The notes under the pieces were generated by a model. It ran no database searches. It saw only the letters and a program-made list of their open reading frames with translations, and was not told the origin of the DNA. A stretch of DNA of 63,692 bases, the filler included, from Octopus bimaculoides (taxonomy: Eukaryota): assembly GCF_001194135.2 (NCBI RefSeq). It is 5 parts of 5 records of this genome, joined end to end, with 100 filler letters (N's around TTAATTAATTAA, not from the genome) between each part and the next. Parts side by side here need not be neighbours in the genome. Positions count along the whole stretch, not along the records: positions 35,962 to 55,806 come from NC_068998.1; 4 more parts are not named here. One strand, given 5' to 3'. Positions 36,231-48,509 of the stretch are shown here, piece after piece. The translations under genes were made by a program, and so were the position numbers. Positions within the stretch are counted from its first letter, which is position 1, and each line of letters starts with the position of its first letter.

Positions 36231-37079
36231 CTTTAATTTTATAGTAGAAAGTCAGGTATACAATCTAAAGATGGATAACCCACTCTCTACTAAACAATGT
36301 AAATAATTAAATGTTACAGATGATAGAGTAATATGAATGTTAAAGGTTTAAAATGAATAAACCGTTTGGTGTGTAGTTTACAATGAGAAATGATGTTTAC
36401 AACTGGAATGATGCTGATGGACTGACGATAGGGAAGACAAGACGTTAGATTCATCTAATTAGAGTAGCTAAACGGAGCTTCATAGACAAAATTATCATAA
36501 TGTGAGATAATATTTATTTGGTTTATTCACTGTTAAATGAGACATCTTTGGCATGAATTTAGGAGTTACCATTGATAAAACAAATAATAAAAGCATTCAG
36601 GCTTGGAAATGCTTGATAAAACTGGTAGAGAAAATGAAAATATTTTAGAACATCAAATCTATCAGAAATTACAAGGATTTTATAACTACTAACATTATTG
36701 AAGAGTGCAAATGTTATTGAAAAAGCTGCTAAAAGGCAAAGACACTACATGAGAAGATGAGTGAAGTGATGGGGTTCATACATCAGTGTTTCAGTGACTG
36801 ATGTGAATGTTATGTACATACTATATTTATTATATATAGCTTGCTTATCAAAATTTATCTCTAATCTAAATTCCAGACTATTCACTACATGCCTGAAATG
36901 CTGAAGCTATGTAAATATTTAAATATTTATCTAAATTTGAAGGCTATCTCTCACATTGAGGATAACAGTTGATTTTCAAATGATAAAAATATTTATTTTA
37001 ACTTCAAATATTGTTCATATGCCAATGTATATTTTAAATTTTACATAATATCTACATTTAGAATTCAATTTATATGTAC

Positions 37080-37495
37080 ATGCCTGTGTAGTTAAGAAGT
37101 TTCCTTACCAACTACATGGTTTTGGATTAAGTTCCACTCTGTAGTACCCTGGGCAAGTGTCTTTTACTATAGCCTCAAGCTGACCAGAGCCTTGTGAGTG
37201 AATTTAAATGATAGAAACTGAAAGAAGCTTGTCATATACATGTGTGTGTTTGTATTTTCTTGCTTTGCTATTGTGCGATGGTTATACATTAGCATCACTG
37301 TCATACAAGCAATGTTGTTTGTTTCCTATATTTGGTGAAAATATGTCCAGCTATGGGTAAATATTACCTTACTTGAAAACAGGTGAGTGTTCATGACAAG
37401 AAGGGCATATGGTCATAGAAAATCTGCTTCAATAAACTCTGTATGATCTATGTGAACATGGATAAGTGAATGTTAAAATGATGATGATGAAATAA
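37080..37495 (+). mobile_element. SINE family B
   Basis: tRNA-like head, CCTGGGCAAGTGTCTT core and AAATATTACCTTACTTGAAAACAGGTGAG tail. Confidence 0.8.
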
Positions 37496-37559
37496 TCATT
37501 TTTAAAAGTTAAAATATATTATGCATTGAGAACTTACAGAAAAAAACAATTATTGTAGA

Positions 37560-38330
37560 AATCATCATCATCATCATCGTCGTTTAACGTCCACCTTCCA
37601 TGCTAGCATGGGTTGGACGATTTGACTGAGGACTGGTGAAACCAGATGGCTACACCAGGCTCCAATCTGATTTTGCAGAGTTTCTACAGCTGGATGCCCT
37701 TCCTAACGCCAACCACTCAGAGAGTGTAGTGGGTGCTTTTACGTGTCACCAGCACGAAGGCCAGTCAGGCGGTACTGGCAACGGCCATGCTCAAAATGGT
37801 GTATTTTATGTGCCACCCGCACAAGAGCCAGTCCAGGGGCACTGGCAACGATCTCGCTTGAAAGTCCTTACACATGCCGCAGGCACAGGTGCCATCACGA
37901 TTTCAATTTGCTTGCCCCGATAAGTCTTCGCAAGCTGAGTTTCGTGTCCAATGAAGGAGACGACATTGGCATGGGTGCCAGTCGTCGAATTTAACTCGAT
38001 TTCGATTTCACTTGCCTCAACAGGTCTTCGCAAGTGGAGTTTAGTGTCCAATGAAGGAAGGTACGCATAAGTGAAGTGGACTGACTGAGGCCTTAGATTT
38101 AGGTCTCACTTGGCTTTCCGGGTCATCTCACGCACAGCATATTTCCAATTGGCAGAGTTTCTACAGCTGGATGCCCTTCCTAACGCCAACCACTCAGAGA
38201 GTGTAGTAGGTGCTTTTACGTGCCACTGGCACGAAGGCCAGTCAGGCGGTACTGGCAACGGCCATGCTCAAAATGGTGTATTTTATGTGCCACCCGCACA
38301 AGAGCCAGTCAGAAATGATGTATAAAATTT
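37560..38330 (-). mobile_element. Long composite SINE family C copy with internal duplications
   Basis: About 160-bp near-identical block at about 37675-37832 and about 38152-38310; GTCTTCGCAAG..GAGTTT.GTGTCCAATGAAGGA occurs twice. Confidence 0.85.
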
Positions 38331-38797
38331 AAACAATATAAACAGACATGAAACCAGGGCAGCTCCTCAGCTGACCAGCTTCTATCAAACCATCCAGCCC
38401 ATGCCAGCATGGAAAATGGACAATAATTGATGAAGATGATGATAATTTTTTCATACAATAAAGATAAAGGAAGCTCATATAGTTTTTATAGAATATTTCA
38501 GCCTCCAGAAAGCTCTAATAGGAACAAAGATACCACAATGGAAGAAATGTCATTATTATTGTTGTGAGGTATTTGTATTCATCACTAGGTTCTTTTGCAA
38601 CCAAAATAACGAATAAAATTTATTGTATTCATTCAGTAAAATTGATGTGGGTTTTACAATTTTTACATTTTTAACCTTATCGGAAACAAGATTTCATGTT
38701 TGTAGGTTTTATAATTTTATTGGCTAATGTTATTACTTATTTTTCATTCATTACACAGCATGTAAATATTTCTTATTGATGCCATCTTATATTTCAG

Positions 38798-38874
38798 GTG
38801 CCTTTGAAGTCTCTATCAATAGCGTCGTGGTTCATTCACGGATCAAATCTGGCTCATACCCAAACGCTGATGAG
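38798..38874 (+). CDS. MIEN1: Rdx-family (MIEN1/SelW2-like) exon
   Basis: atttcag| (G)AFEVSINSVVVHSRIKSGSYPNADE |gtcagt; same 25-codon length and, as I recall, the same splice phases as the MIEN1 segment (G)[25 protein letters not shown]. Confidence 0.85.
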
Positions 38875-38949
38875 GTCAGTTGTTCTATTTCATTAATCTT
38901 TTGTCATTTCAGGTTTTAGATGTGCATTCTCTTTATTTGTTTATTTTTT

Positions 38950-39315
38950 GGCATGTCTGTGAGGTAAGAAGTTTGCTCCCCACCCACATGTGTGTGTTTG
39001 TATGTTGGGCCTTACAGATGCAGTGACAGGTGACCAAGACCGTTGGCGATATACTGTGCTGGAGAAGACCTGTCAAACCAAGTGAGATCGTAGTCATGGC
39101 CAATGCCAGCATCATGTAACTGGCACCTGTACTGGTGGCACGTAAAAAGCACCCACAACACTCTTGGAGTGGTTGGCATTACGAAGGGCATCCAGCCATA
39201 GGAACCATGCTGAAACCAGATTGGAATCTGGTGCAGCTCTCCGGCTTACCAATTCTTAGTTAAACTATCCAATCCATGCCAGCATGAAAAACAGACATTA
39301 AATGATGATGATGAT
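38950..39315 (+). mobile_element. SINE family C
   Basis: tRNA-like head followed by GTGGCACGTAAAAAGCACCC...GAGTGGTTGGCATT...ACAGACATTAAATGATGATG. Confidence 0.8.
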
Positions 39316-39534
39316 ATATCTATATATCTATATACATATATACATATTTAGAAAGAGAGAGAGATTTACAATTAAAGATGCTTTTGATAGGCAGTCTCAA
39401 CACCACATTTTTCAGTTGTAGCTCATGCTGGGGCTTTAGTGGTAAACCATACCTGTTACATTATGTCAGTTGATGAAAACTCCTTGTATATACTGTGTGT
39501 GTGTGTGTGTATATATATATGTATATATCTTTTG

Positions 39535-39800
39535 TCTTTTACTTGTTTCAGTCATGAAACTGTGGCCATGCTGGGGCAATGCCTCGAAGGGTTTTAGTTG
39601 AACAAATCAGCCCTAGTACTTATTTTTTGTTAAGTCTGGTACTTATTCTATTGGTCTCGTTTGCCAAACTGATGGGCTTCTTTCAATTTTTGTCTACCAA
39701 ATCCACTCACAAAGCTTCAGTTGATCTGAGGCTATAGTTGAAGACACCCAAGGTGCTACACAGTGGGACTGGACTGAGAACCATGTAGTTGGGAAATAAT
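39535..39800 (-). mobile_element. SINE family A, internally deleted
   Basis: Homology to the family A head and tail. Confidence 0.8.
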
Positions 39801-40428
39801 AAATTATATAATAGATTACAATATAAATCCAATTATGAATCAAAGATTATAAAAATATAATCTTTGTTTACAACATTCTTTTACATTGTTTTACAATATT
39901 CTTGGGCTGACTAAAACCTTGTAAGCGGATTTGGTAAACAAAAACTGAAAGAAGTCTGTTGGGCGCATGCACGTGTGTGTATGCATGCACGCATGCATGT
40001 GTGTATGTGTTTGTCTCTCACCACCCTTCAAGGTAGTGCCCCAGCATGGTTGCAGTCCAATGATTGAAGTAAGTAAAAGATAAAAGATAAAACAAAATAA
40101 ATCAAATATCTGTTCACAGCAATTTTTGTTTCTGTGTCTATAGAATTGTCTGAATATTTTAATAAAAAGAATTTTATATAGGTATTTTACCTTGAAGACA
40201 TCGTGATAGTATTCAAACTGTTAAGAACAAATATACCTGTGCTTCCAAATAAGTTGTCTTGTTAGAAAGCTTATTCTATAAATCCGTTCTCGTTTAAGAT
40301 TAAAAAAAAAAAAGGAAATGTTTAAATTTACTGATCTGCAAGTTCCATGATTAAAATTCCTTATATTGTCTCATTAGCTACCATTTTAGCAAAATCTGTA
40401 AGCGAAATGATTATTTCTTATGTCCAGT

Positions 40429-41115
40429 AGACGCAGGAGTGTCTGTGTGGTAATCATAGGCACAGGAGTAGCTGTGAGGTAAGTAGCTTGCTTACCAGCC
40501 ACATGGTCCCGGGCTCAGTCCCACTGCGTGGCACCTTGGGCAAGTGTCTTCTACTATAGCCTCGGGCCGACCAAAGCCTTGAGGGGATTTGGTAGACGGA
40601 AACTGGAAGAAGCCCGTCGTATATGTATATATATATATATGGGAGAATATACAAAAAATAACAACAGACGAGGACAGGTGGTGTAAATAACAAAAGTATA
40701 TATTAGTANNNNNNNNNNNNNNNNNNNNNNNNNNNNNNNNNNNNNNNNNNNNNNNNNNNNNNNNNNNNNNNNNNNNNNNNNNNNNNNNNNNNNNNNNNNN
40801 NNNNNNNNNNNNNNNNNNNNNNNNNNNNNNNNNNNNNNNNNNNNNNNNNNNNNNNNNNNNNNNNNNNNNNNNNNNNNNNNNNNTATATGTATGTATATGT
40901 ATGCATGTGTGTGTATATATTTGTGTGTCTGTTTGTCCCCCCAGCATTGCTTGACAACCGATGGTGGTGTGTTTGCGTCCCTGTAACTTAGTGGTTCAGC
41001 AAAAGAGACTGATAGAATAAGAACTAGGCTTACAAAGAATAAGCTCTGGGGTCGATTTGCTCGGCTGTAAAGGCGGTGCTCCAGCATGGCCACAGTCAAA
41101 TGACTGAAACAAGTA
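40429..41115 (+). mobile_element. SINE family A (gap in its microsatellite middle)
   Basis: GGCACCTTGGGCAAGTGTCTTCTACTATAGCCTCGGGCCGACC...GCTCCAGCATGGCCACAGTCAAATGACTGAAACAAGTA. Confidence 0.9.
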
Positions 41116-41129
41116 ATAGCCACAAGGCC

Positions 41130-41520
41130 TGTGATTTTAGAGGAGGAGAGGGCTAGTTGATTATATGACCCCCACCCCTTGACTGTGCTTGACTGGTATC
41201 AACCCTGAAAGGATAAAAAGCAAAGCCAACTTTGTCAGAATCTGAACTCAGAATGTTAAGCTAGAAAAATTGCTGCATAGCATTTTGTTAGGTGTGCTTA
41301 TGCTTTTGCCAGCTTGGTACCTTCTTATGTCCAGCAATAATGATTTCAAACGATTTCATCAACCTCAGTGCCCAACTGGTATTTATTTTATAGACCTCAC
41401 AAGGATGAAAGGCAAAGTTGAATTCCAGTGGAATTCAGACTAAGAACATAAAGACAGATGAAATGCCGCTAAGGATTTTGACTGGCATGATAAGGATTCT
41501 GCCAACTTGCCGCCTTCTTA
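41130..41520 (-). mobile_element. Two SINE family D fragments
   Basis: GGATGAAAGGCAAAGTTGAATTCCAGTGGAATTCAGACT and a similar upstream copy. Confidence 0.7.
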
Positions 41521-42212
41521 TGTCCAGTAATAATGTTGACTTTACTGAAGACATTGAAGACNNNNNNNNNNNNNNNNNNNNNNNNNNNNNNNNNNNNNNN
41601 NNNNNNNNNNNNNNNNNNNNNNNNNNNNNNNNNNNNNNNNNNNNNNNNNNNNNNNNNNNNNNNNNNNNNNNNNNNNNNNNNNNNNNNNNNNNNNNNNNNN
41701 NNNNNNNNNNNNNNNNNNNNNNNNNNNNNNNNNNNNNNNNNNNNNNNNNNNNNNNNNNNNNNNNNNNNNNNNNNNNNNNNNNNNNNNNNNNNNNNNNNNN
41801 NNNNNNNNNNNNNNNNNNNNNNNNNNNNNNNNNNNNNNNNNNNNNNNNNNNNNNNNNNNNNNNNNNNNNNNNNNNNNNNNNNNNNNNNNNNNNNNNNNNN
41901 NNNNNNNNNNNNNNNNNNNNNNNNNNNNNNNNNNNNNNNNNNNNNNNNNNNNNNNNNNNNNNNNNNNNNNNNNNNNNNNNNNNNNNNNNNNNNNNNNNNN
42001 NNNNNNNNNNNNNNNNNNNNNNNNNNNNNNNNNNNNNNNNNNNNNNNNNNNNNNNNNNNNNNNNNNNNNNNNNNNNNNNNNNNNNNNNNNNNNNNNNNNN
42101 NNNNNNNNNNNNNNNNAAACTTTATATATATATACAAAGTTTTGATTTAAAAAAAACTTTAACGATATTATAAACTATAAAGATTAATAATTAATCAAAT
42201 AATATTAATCAA

Positions 42213-42247
<35 letters not shown>

Positions 42248-42249
42248 AG

Positions 42250-42850
42250 TGTGTGTGTGTGTGTGTGTATGTATATAATAAACTTATTGTATACAGTGCT
42301 CAGATGTACTACAACACTTCAGAGAAGGTTGCCAAAAAAGTGCATGTACAGTACATAGAATAATGCACAGGAAGTGAACAGTGAATGAATTATTAAAAAA
42401 AAAAAAAGGTGGGGGTAGGGACATGAGGTGTACTGTTGGTGAATTTCAGGAAGGATTGAAGTTTTGAAGGATGTAACAAATGATGCAGCTAGTTTATTCC
42501 ATGCTTCAGCAATTCTGAGCATGGAAAAATGTTTCTGAAAGTCATGGGTGCTGTGTTGTTTTTTTGGCTTTTGTAAGCATGTCCACGAGTGTTAGACATA
42601 TGGAATTCAAAAAGGTGCTCAAGGTTGTAGTTGAGAAGATGCTGGATAATCTTGTAGGTGTCTACAAAGTCAGTGATTTAATGTATGCAAGTCCAAGGGA
42701 GAAAGATGTTCAAGGTATTGTAGATATCTGATGGTGGGTATTTGTCTGGTTTTACATTTCTGAATAGTTTCCAGGAGACTGTTATATTGAGCAAGATATG
42801 GGTTTTGCTGGATTATTTTGTTGCTATTAAAACTCAGTGAATTGGCCTAT
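42250..42850 (-). mobile_element. CR1-like LINE 3' end
   Basis: TDFVDTYKIIQHLLNYNLEHLFEFHMSNTRGHAYK and MLRIAEAWNKL, typical CR1 C-terminus. Confidence 0.8.
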
Positions 42851-43116
42851 TGAGACATAAGTATCTTTGTCATGTATACAGTGAAGTACCAATGGCAATA
42901 TATGGGATATTTAGTGACTAGCTGTGACATATTTTAACTAAACATACTATACTCCAGAATAGTCGTGGTGCTGACACAACTTCACTACTATTATTCTTGA
43001 TCATATTTTATACCCTGTAAATTTAGAATTGATTACAGTAAGTTCTTATTTTTAAAAAGAAAAATCAATTGTATTCATTTTAAATTTCTATAGTATTTTA
43101 TGCTTTTTTTTTACAG

Positions 43117-43173
43117 ATTACAAAATATATGCGAGATGCTCAGAACAGAATACCATTCAAAGCAGCTCCTTAA
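43117..43173 (+). CDS. MIEN1: Rdx/MIEN1-like terminal coding exon ITKYMRDAQNRIPFKAAP*
   Basis: Strong acceptor tttttttttacag|, phase 0 matching the 38874 donor; aligns with MIEN1 LIEAIRRAS helix; ATTAAA at 43234-43239; no C-terminal CaaX. Confidence 0.75.
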   Translation: MTKYMRDAQNRIPFKAAP

Positions 43174-43799
43174 ACCTATTTGGGCTGCTCTACTCTATAT
43201 CTGCTGCAATTATGTTACACTTTGAATTCTGATATTAAAGTCACTTCTCTCTTTCTAATTAATATATGTTAAAGGCCTTGGCTATCTTACTTCTTTTCTA
43301 AATCCTCGTGGTTCAGACATATAGATATGGACTGGTTCACATCCCAGTATCATAATAAGTTGTACAACCTGTCTCATTATGGCGAAGATATTTATCCAGT
43401 AGATTTTGCTACCCTTACATTTTCACTCAAGCAATATTTCTCTAATCAGTTAGAACAACAAAAACAACAAGGCTGTTCAACTGACTGAAAGAGTTCACCT
43501 TGTTCATTGGTGAGATATTTTATGAGGCTTGCCTAATAATGTATGTTGTAGGTGGTAGCTACAATTTCTGGTTAATGCTGAGCAATCTAATGTGATATTG
43601 ATGTTTATGTTTGGTGTAAAAGGCCATCCTTAATTCCATGTGACCTCAAATATATCTACTGTAGTTGACTATATAAGGAGATACATGGGGAATTTTGAAA
43701 GCTTCCATTCATTTGCTTCTTCATATATTGCTCCTTGTTGCTCAGCATAAAAATCTATCATTTCAATTAATTGAGTGATCTAATTACTGTCTGATGAAG

Positions 43800-44350
43800 T
43801 GCTATTTGGCTTAACCATGTGGATTTCTTTTCTATATTCTCTTTCTTTTCCTTTCCCCACTTCCTTGTCCCCTATTTCCTATCCATGTTATCCCTTCTAT
43901 TTTTTTTTCACTTTCCTACTTTCTCTCTCATCTCCATTCTCTGAATTTCTCTTTTTCTTTACATCCTTTTGCTCACTTCAGTCTCTCACTTTCTATCTTT
44001 TTTTCCCCATCTATCTACTTCATTCACCCAATTTCTGGATCTTCTTTTATTTCTCTCTCTTTCTCTTAGTTTTTTTCTTTTCTTGCTTTCTTTCTGATAT
44101 TCATTTTAAATATCTATGGTATTTTATATATTTCTATATTTGTTCCTCTATTTTTTTTCTCTCATCTATTTTCATCAATATTCCTCCTCCTATTCCTTAA
44201 TTTTCTATTCCCTCTGTTTTCCCCCTCATTCTGTATATCTTTCACTTTCTCTCTTCCCTCAATTGCCAACCCTCCTCACAATCTCCATCTCTGTACTTTG
44301 CTATGTTACCTAATTCCTATCTATTCCTATTTCTGTCTCTCATAGATTCT
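43800..44350 (+). repeat. Pyrimidine-rich low-complexity tract
   Basis: About 550 nt dominated by C and T. Confidence 0.85.
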
Positions 44351-44456
44351 TCAGCACTAATAATTTCCTAATATATCACTCATAAATTTTTTGACCAGCC
44401 ACAAAAGTTGATAGTCAAGGTCGAATTCTAAAATTATCCTGTCTTTCTTTTTTCAG

Positions 44457-44489
44457 GATAACAATTGTTATCCTGAAAATACTCTGTAA
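44457..44489 (+). CDS. Candidate alternative terminal exon DNNCYPENTL* directly upstream of the SECIS
   Basis: Strong acceptor cctgtctttcttttttcag|, phase 0, TAA at 44487-44489. Confidence 0.4.
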   Translation, partial: DNNCYPENTL

Positions 44490-44519
44490 TGATTCTTTTA
44501 AAATTTTCATTTGACTTTC

Positions 44520-44601
44520 TTACTGGTTATTTTCTGGCTATGAAAACACTGGTTTAAACATGTCAACCAGAGTTGGATAAATTCTGATGAATAACCAGTA
44601 A
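44520..44601 (+). promoter_or_regulatory. Eukaryotic SECIS element (type I)
   Basis: Helix I TTACTGGTTATT/AATAACCAGTAA (12 bp); core ATGAA (44540-44544)/GGAT (44575-44578); helix II AACACTGGTT/AACCAGAGTT (9 of 10 paired); apical loop TAAACATGTC with AAA 12 nt after ATGA. Confidence 0.85.
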
Positions 44602-44950
44602 AAATCTTGACCGAAAATTGTTTGCTTGAATATTAAATCTTAAAAATGCTATATTGTGTTTGAGTGTTTTCTTAACATTTTATTTCTGGCTTTTAGTATT
44701 TTTCAGTGTTGATATGAGTCATATGAGTTTGCAAATTTAGACACTTCTGTTTATAGAGTACTTGAACTGTAGTATTGATAAGTTTGTAAAGAACAAAGTC
44801 CTTTTAATCCAGTTATTATTCTATGTTGCAACCATTTTTAGTATTTTGTTTGTGGTAGTATTCTTTTTGTGAAATTGTTACAACCACCCCCAACTATTTT
44901 TATTCTAAAATTCTTAGATGCCTGTCACATTTGAAAAGAGATGATACACT

Positions 44951-45299
44951 AGGAGTGGCTGTGTGGTAAGTAGCTTGCTTACCAACCACATGGTCATGGG
45001 TTCAGTCTCACTGCGTGGCACCTTGGGCAAGTGTCTTCTACTATAGACGGAAACTGAAAGAAGCTTGTCGTATATATGTATGTATATGTATGTGTGTGTG
45101 TGTTTGTCCCCCCAACATCGCTTGACAACCGATGCTGGTGTGTTTACGTCCCCGTAACTTAGCGGATCGGCAAAAGAGACCAATAGAATACGTACTAGGC
45201 TTACAAAGAATAAGTCCTGGGGTCGATTTGCTCGACTAAAGGTGGTGCTCCAGCATGGCCGCAGTCAAATGACTGAAACAAGTAAAAGAGTAAAAGAGT
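44951..45299 (+). mobile_element. SINE family A, near-full copy with an internal deletion
   Basis: AGGAGTGGCTGTGTGGTAAGTAGCTTGC...GTAAAAGAGTAAAAGAG. Confidence 0.9.
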
Positions 45300-46053
45300 A
45301 TCACAGTATAGTTAATGCTTTTGAAATCATTAGAATTTTTAGGTAACATACTAAACTTTGATTTGCATGGTATTAAGCAGTTCCTGCAAGAGAAACTGAG
45401 CTCAACACTGCAAGTCAGAGAAGTAGTGAATTGGCAGTCTTCAGAATCAGCAATATTTATTCCAGCTCTTAGTGTTCTGAGTTCAAATTCTGTTGTGTCT
45501 TACTTGTGTGGGGATCACTCAATCCAATGGTTGATTTGGTATGACCATCTGCTCCTTTGGTGTCTTTAAAGGAGTTCATTCTTTTGCAATCATTTGGTCC
45601 TGGTCTCCAGTTTGAAGATGTCTTCCTTTCTCCCTTCCTCTAGTCTTGGAACCCTTTCATATTATCTGGGGAACCAGCCTTCCGCCTCATTAAGTGATAG
45701 AAAGATAGTATCTATAAAATTCACAGCACTGTCATTAATCAGTTACATCAGTGAAATATAAGACTGGTGTTAACTACTTATCTATTAATAGTTAAATGTA
45801 TTGGCAGGGACATTTAATGTGATAATAAGGGGCTATGAACTGACTAGGCCATCAGTATCATTCAGATGTGCTTCTATTGATAAAATATTCTTTTTTATGA
45901 AATGAGATGGAAATAATAAATCCTCGTAAGCCATTTCAGAGCTTACATTTATGTAGTTTGCATATCACTTATTTTTCCTTACATTTTCTATCTCAGAAAT
46001 ATATACCTAGTTTGGTCTAAATAACTGTTAATGATGATATAACTTTCCTATGG

Positions 46054-46581
46054 TGGAGGTGAAATGGCCCAGTGGTTAGGGCAGCGGACTCGTGGTCATA
46101 GGATCGCGGTTTCTATTCCCAGACCGGGCGTTGTGAGTGTTTATTGAGCAAAAATAGCTAAAAGCTCCACGAGGATCCGGCAAGGGATGGTGGCGAACCC
46201 TGCTGTACTCTTGTTAGGGCAGCGGACTCATGGTCATAGGATCGCGGTTTCTATTCCCAGACCGGGCGTTGTGAGTGTTTATTGAGCGAAAATAGCTAAA
46301 AGCTCCACGAGGATCCGGCAGGGGATGGTGGCGAACCCTGCTGTACTCTTTCACCACAACTTTCTCTCACTCTTTCTTCCTGTTTCTGTTGTGCCTGTAT
46401 TTCAAAGGGCCAGCCTTGTCACACTGTGTCACGCTGAATATCCCCGAGAACTACGTTAAGGGTACACGTGTCTGTGGGGTGCTCAGCCACTTGCACGTTA
46501 ATTTCACGAGCAGGCTGTTCCGTTGATCGGATCAACTGGAACCATCGACGTCATAAGTGATGGAGTGCCAACAACAACAAC
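46054..46581 (+). mobile_element. tRNA-derived SINE family E with a duplicated head and 13-bp TSD
   Basis: TGGCCCAGTGGTTAGGG A box; 138-bp unit at 46075-46212 repeated at 46213-46350; (CAA)n tail; AACTT(T/C)CCTATGG at 46041-46053 and 46582-46594. Confidence 0.88.
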
Positions 46582-46735
46582 AACTTCCCTATGGAAATAT
46601 ATATTGAAATGCATTACTTTTGTCTTCTCAACACAGACATGAAGCTTAATATTTCTAAGAGAGTAGAGGAAAGGGACATGGTGTCTAGAATTTGTAGGGA
46701 AGTGGAAATGGCAGCTACAATACTTTTAATTTTAA

Positions 46736-46954
46736 CCCTTTAGCATTTAAACTGGCCATATCTGGCCAAAATGTTCTACCTGTTTTCTGCTCAAACTGGC
46801 CAGATCCGACCTCTCACACCAATCCTACAATATCATTGCAAAATTAACAGTTACTTCATCAAAATCCTAAAGTTACAAGATAATGCATGATTAATTTAAA
46901 GCAATATGAATAAATAAGCATTATTTTTGATAGAATAAGGTGAATGTTAAAGGG
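46736..46954. mobile_element. TTAA-flanked MITE (piggyBac-like)
   Basis: TTAA|CCCTTTAGCATT...AATGTTAAAGGG|TTAA (11/12 terminal inverted repeat match). Confidence 0.8.
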
Positions 46955-47469
46955 TTAAACTTCATTGTAACATTTTTGGTAATAACATTGGAATCACTGA
47001 ACCATAAATGGAGAATAGTTTTCATGTGGATGGTTAATGTTTGTGTTGAAAAGAATTCACTTACTCTTGAATGTTGACCTGGGTAAAAATTATATCATGT
47101 AATAACATTAAAGTTTTGAGTCGGAGCTGGCCGAATTGTCAGGATGTTGAAGAATCATTGGCTTTTCAGTGCTAACATTTTCAATAAAGAAAGAATATAT
47201 TGAATTGCTTTACTACTATCTTCTTCACACATATGATACCAAAGATTTCTGAAAGAACTGCATACTTAAGATTTGTAAGAAATTGGGAGTAGCAGTTAAA
47301 ACATTTGACATCATTACAACACCTATAGTAATAGTAGGAATCATTGAACCATGGCAAGAAAATAGCTTTCACATTATTTACAGATGTTTGACAAGTTTAT
47401 ATGTGTTAAAAAAGAATTCTCATACTTTGAGAATTTGACCTAGGTAAAAGTTAAATAAAAAAAATTGCA

Positions 47470-47624
47470 TTGCATGGGTGTATGGTAAGAAGCTTGCTTT
47501 TCAACCACATGGTTCCAGGTTCAAGCCCACTGTGTGGTACCCTGGGCAAATGTCTTCTACTATAGCCACAGGCCAATCAAAACCTTGTGAGTGGATTTGG
47601 TAGAGATATATTGAAAGAAGGCCG

Positions 47625-47656
<32 letters not shown>

Positions 47657-47962
47657 NNNNNNNNNNNNNNNNNNNNNNNNNNNNNNNNNNNNNNNNNNNN
47701 NNNNNNNNNNNNNNNNNNNNNNNNNNNNNNNNNNNNNNNNNNNNNNNNNNNNNNNNNNNNNNNNNNNNNNNNNNNNNNNNNNNNNNNNNNNNNNNNNNNN
47801 NNNNNNNNNNNNNNNNNNNNNNNNNNNNNNNNNNNNNNNNNNNNNNNNNNNNNNNNNNNNNNNNNNNNNNNNNNNNNNNNNNNNNNNNNNNNNNNNNNNN
47901 NNNNNNNNNNNNNNNNNNNNNNNNNNNNNNNNNNNNNNNNNNNNNNNNNNNNNNNNNNNNNN

Positions 47963-47996
<34 letters not shown>

Positions 47997-48175
47997 TACA
48001 TATATACAACAGGCATTTTATATATATATATATATATATATTTATTTATGTGTGTGTGTGTTGTGTCTGTGTTTGTCTCTCCACCATTGCTTGACAATTG
48101 ATGTTGGTGTGTTTATGTACCCATAACTTAGTGATTTGGCAAAAGAGACCGATAGAATAAGTACTAGGCTTACAA
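47470..48175 (+). mobile_element. SINE family A (gap in its microsatellite)
   Basis: Head, core and tail homology. Confidence 0.85.
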
Positions 48176-48509
48176 AGTAGGTGAAGAATTCAACGTTCTA
48201 TTTCATGGTTGATGTATCTTCTTATGACTTGACATCATCATCATCTTTGCATTGTTTGCAGATAAATACCATCAATCACTTGTCTCCAGAATTCCTTTTG
48301 CATTGTTCCTGGTAGGTTGTTCTTCAGTAGACCAGAGTCTTCAACCAGTTGATAAATGTTCTGGTGGGATGACACTAGGTTGCTTTCCTTGTGTTGGTTC
48401 CCATAACAGCATTTGACTCACTACTTCATCATGGCTACAAAAACAGTGTCCACAGTATATCAGTTTTCTTCTCTTTATGGTGGAGGTAACTCTTTGAAGA
48501 TTACTATAA

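Noticed and set aside
43636-43688. Hairpin with GTGA...GA as a second SECIS
   Set aside because: AAA lies only 3 nt from the core and helix II does not pair; fails SECIS geometry.
43799-44313. Hydrophobic F/L/S-rich ORFs resembling membrane proteins
   Set aside because: Product of a pyrimidine-rich low-complexity tract.
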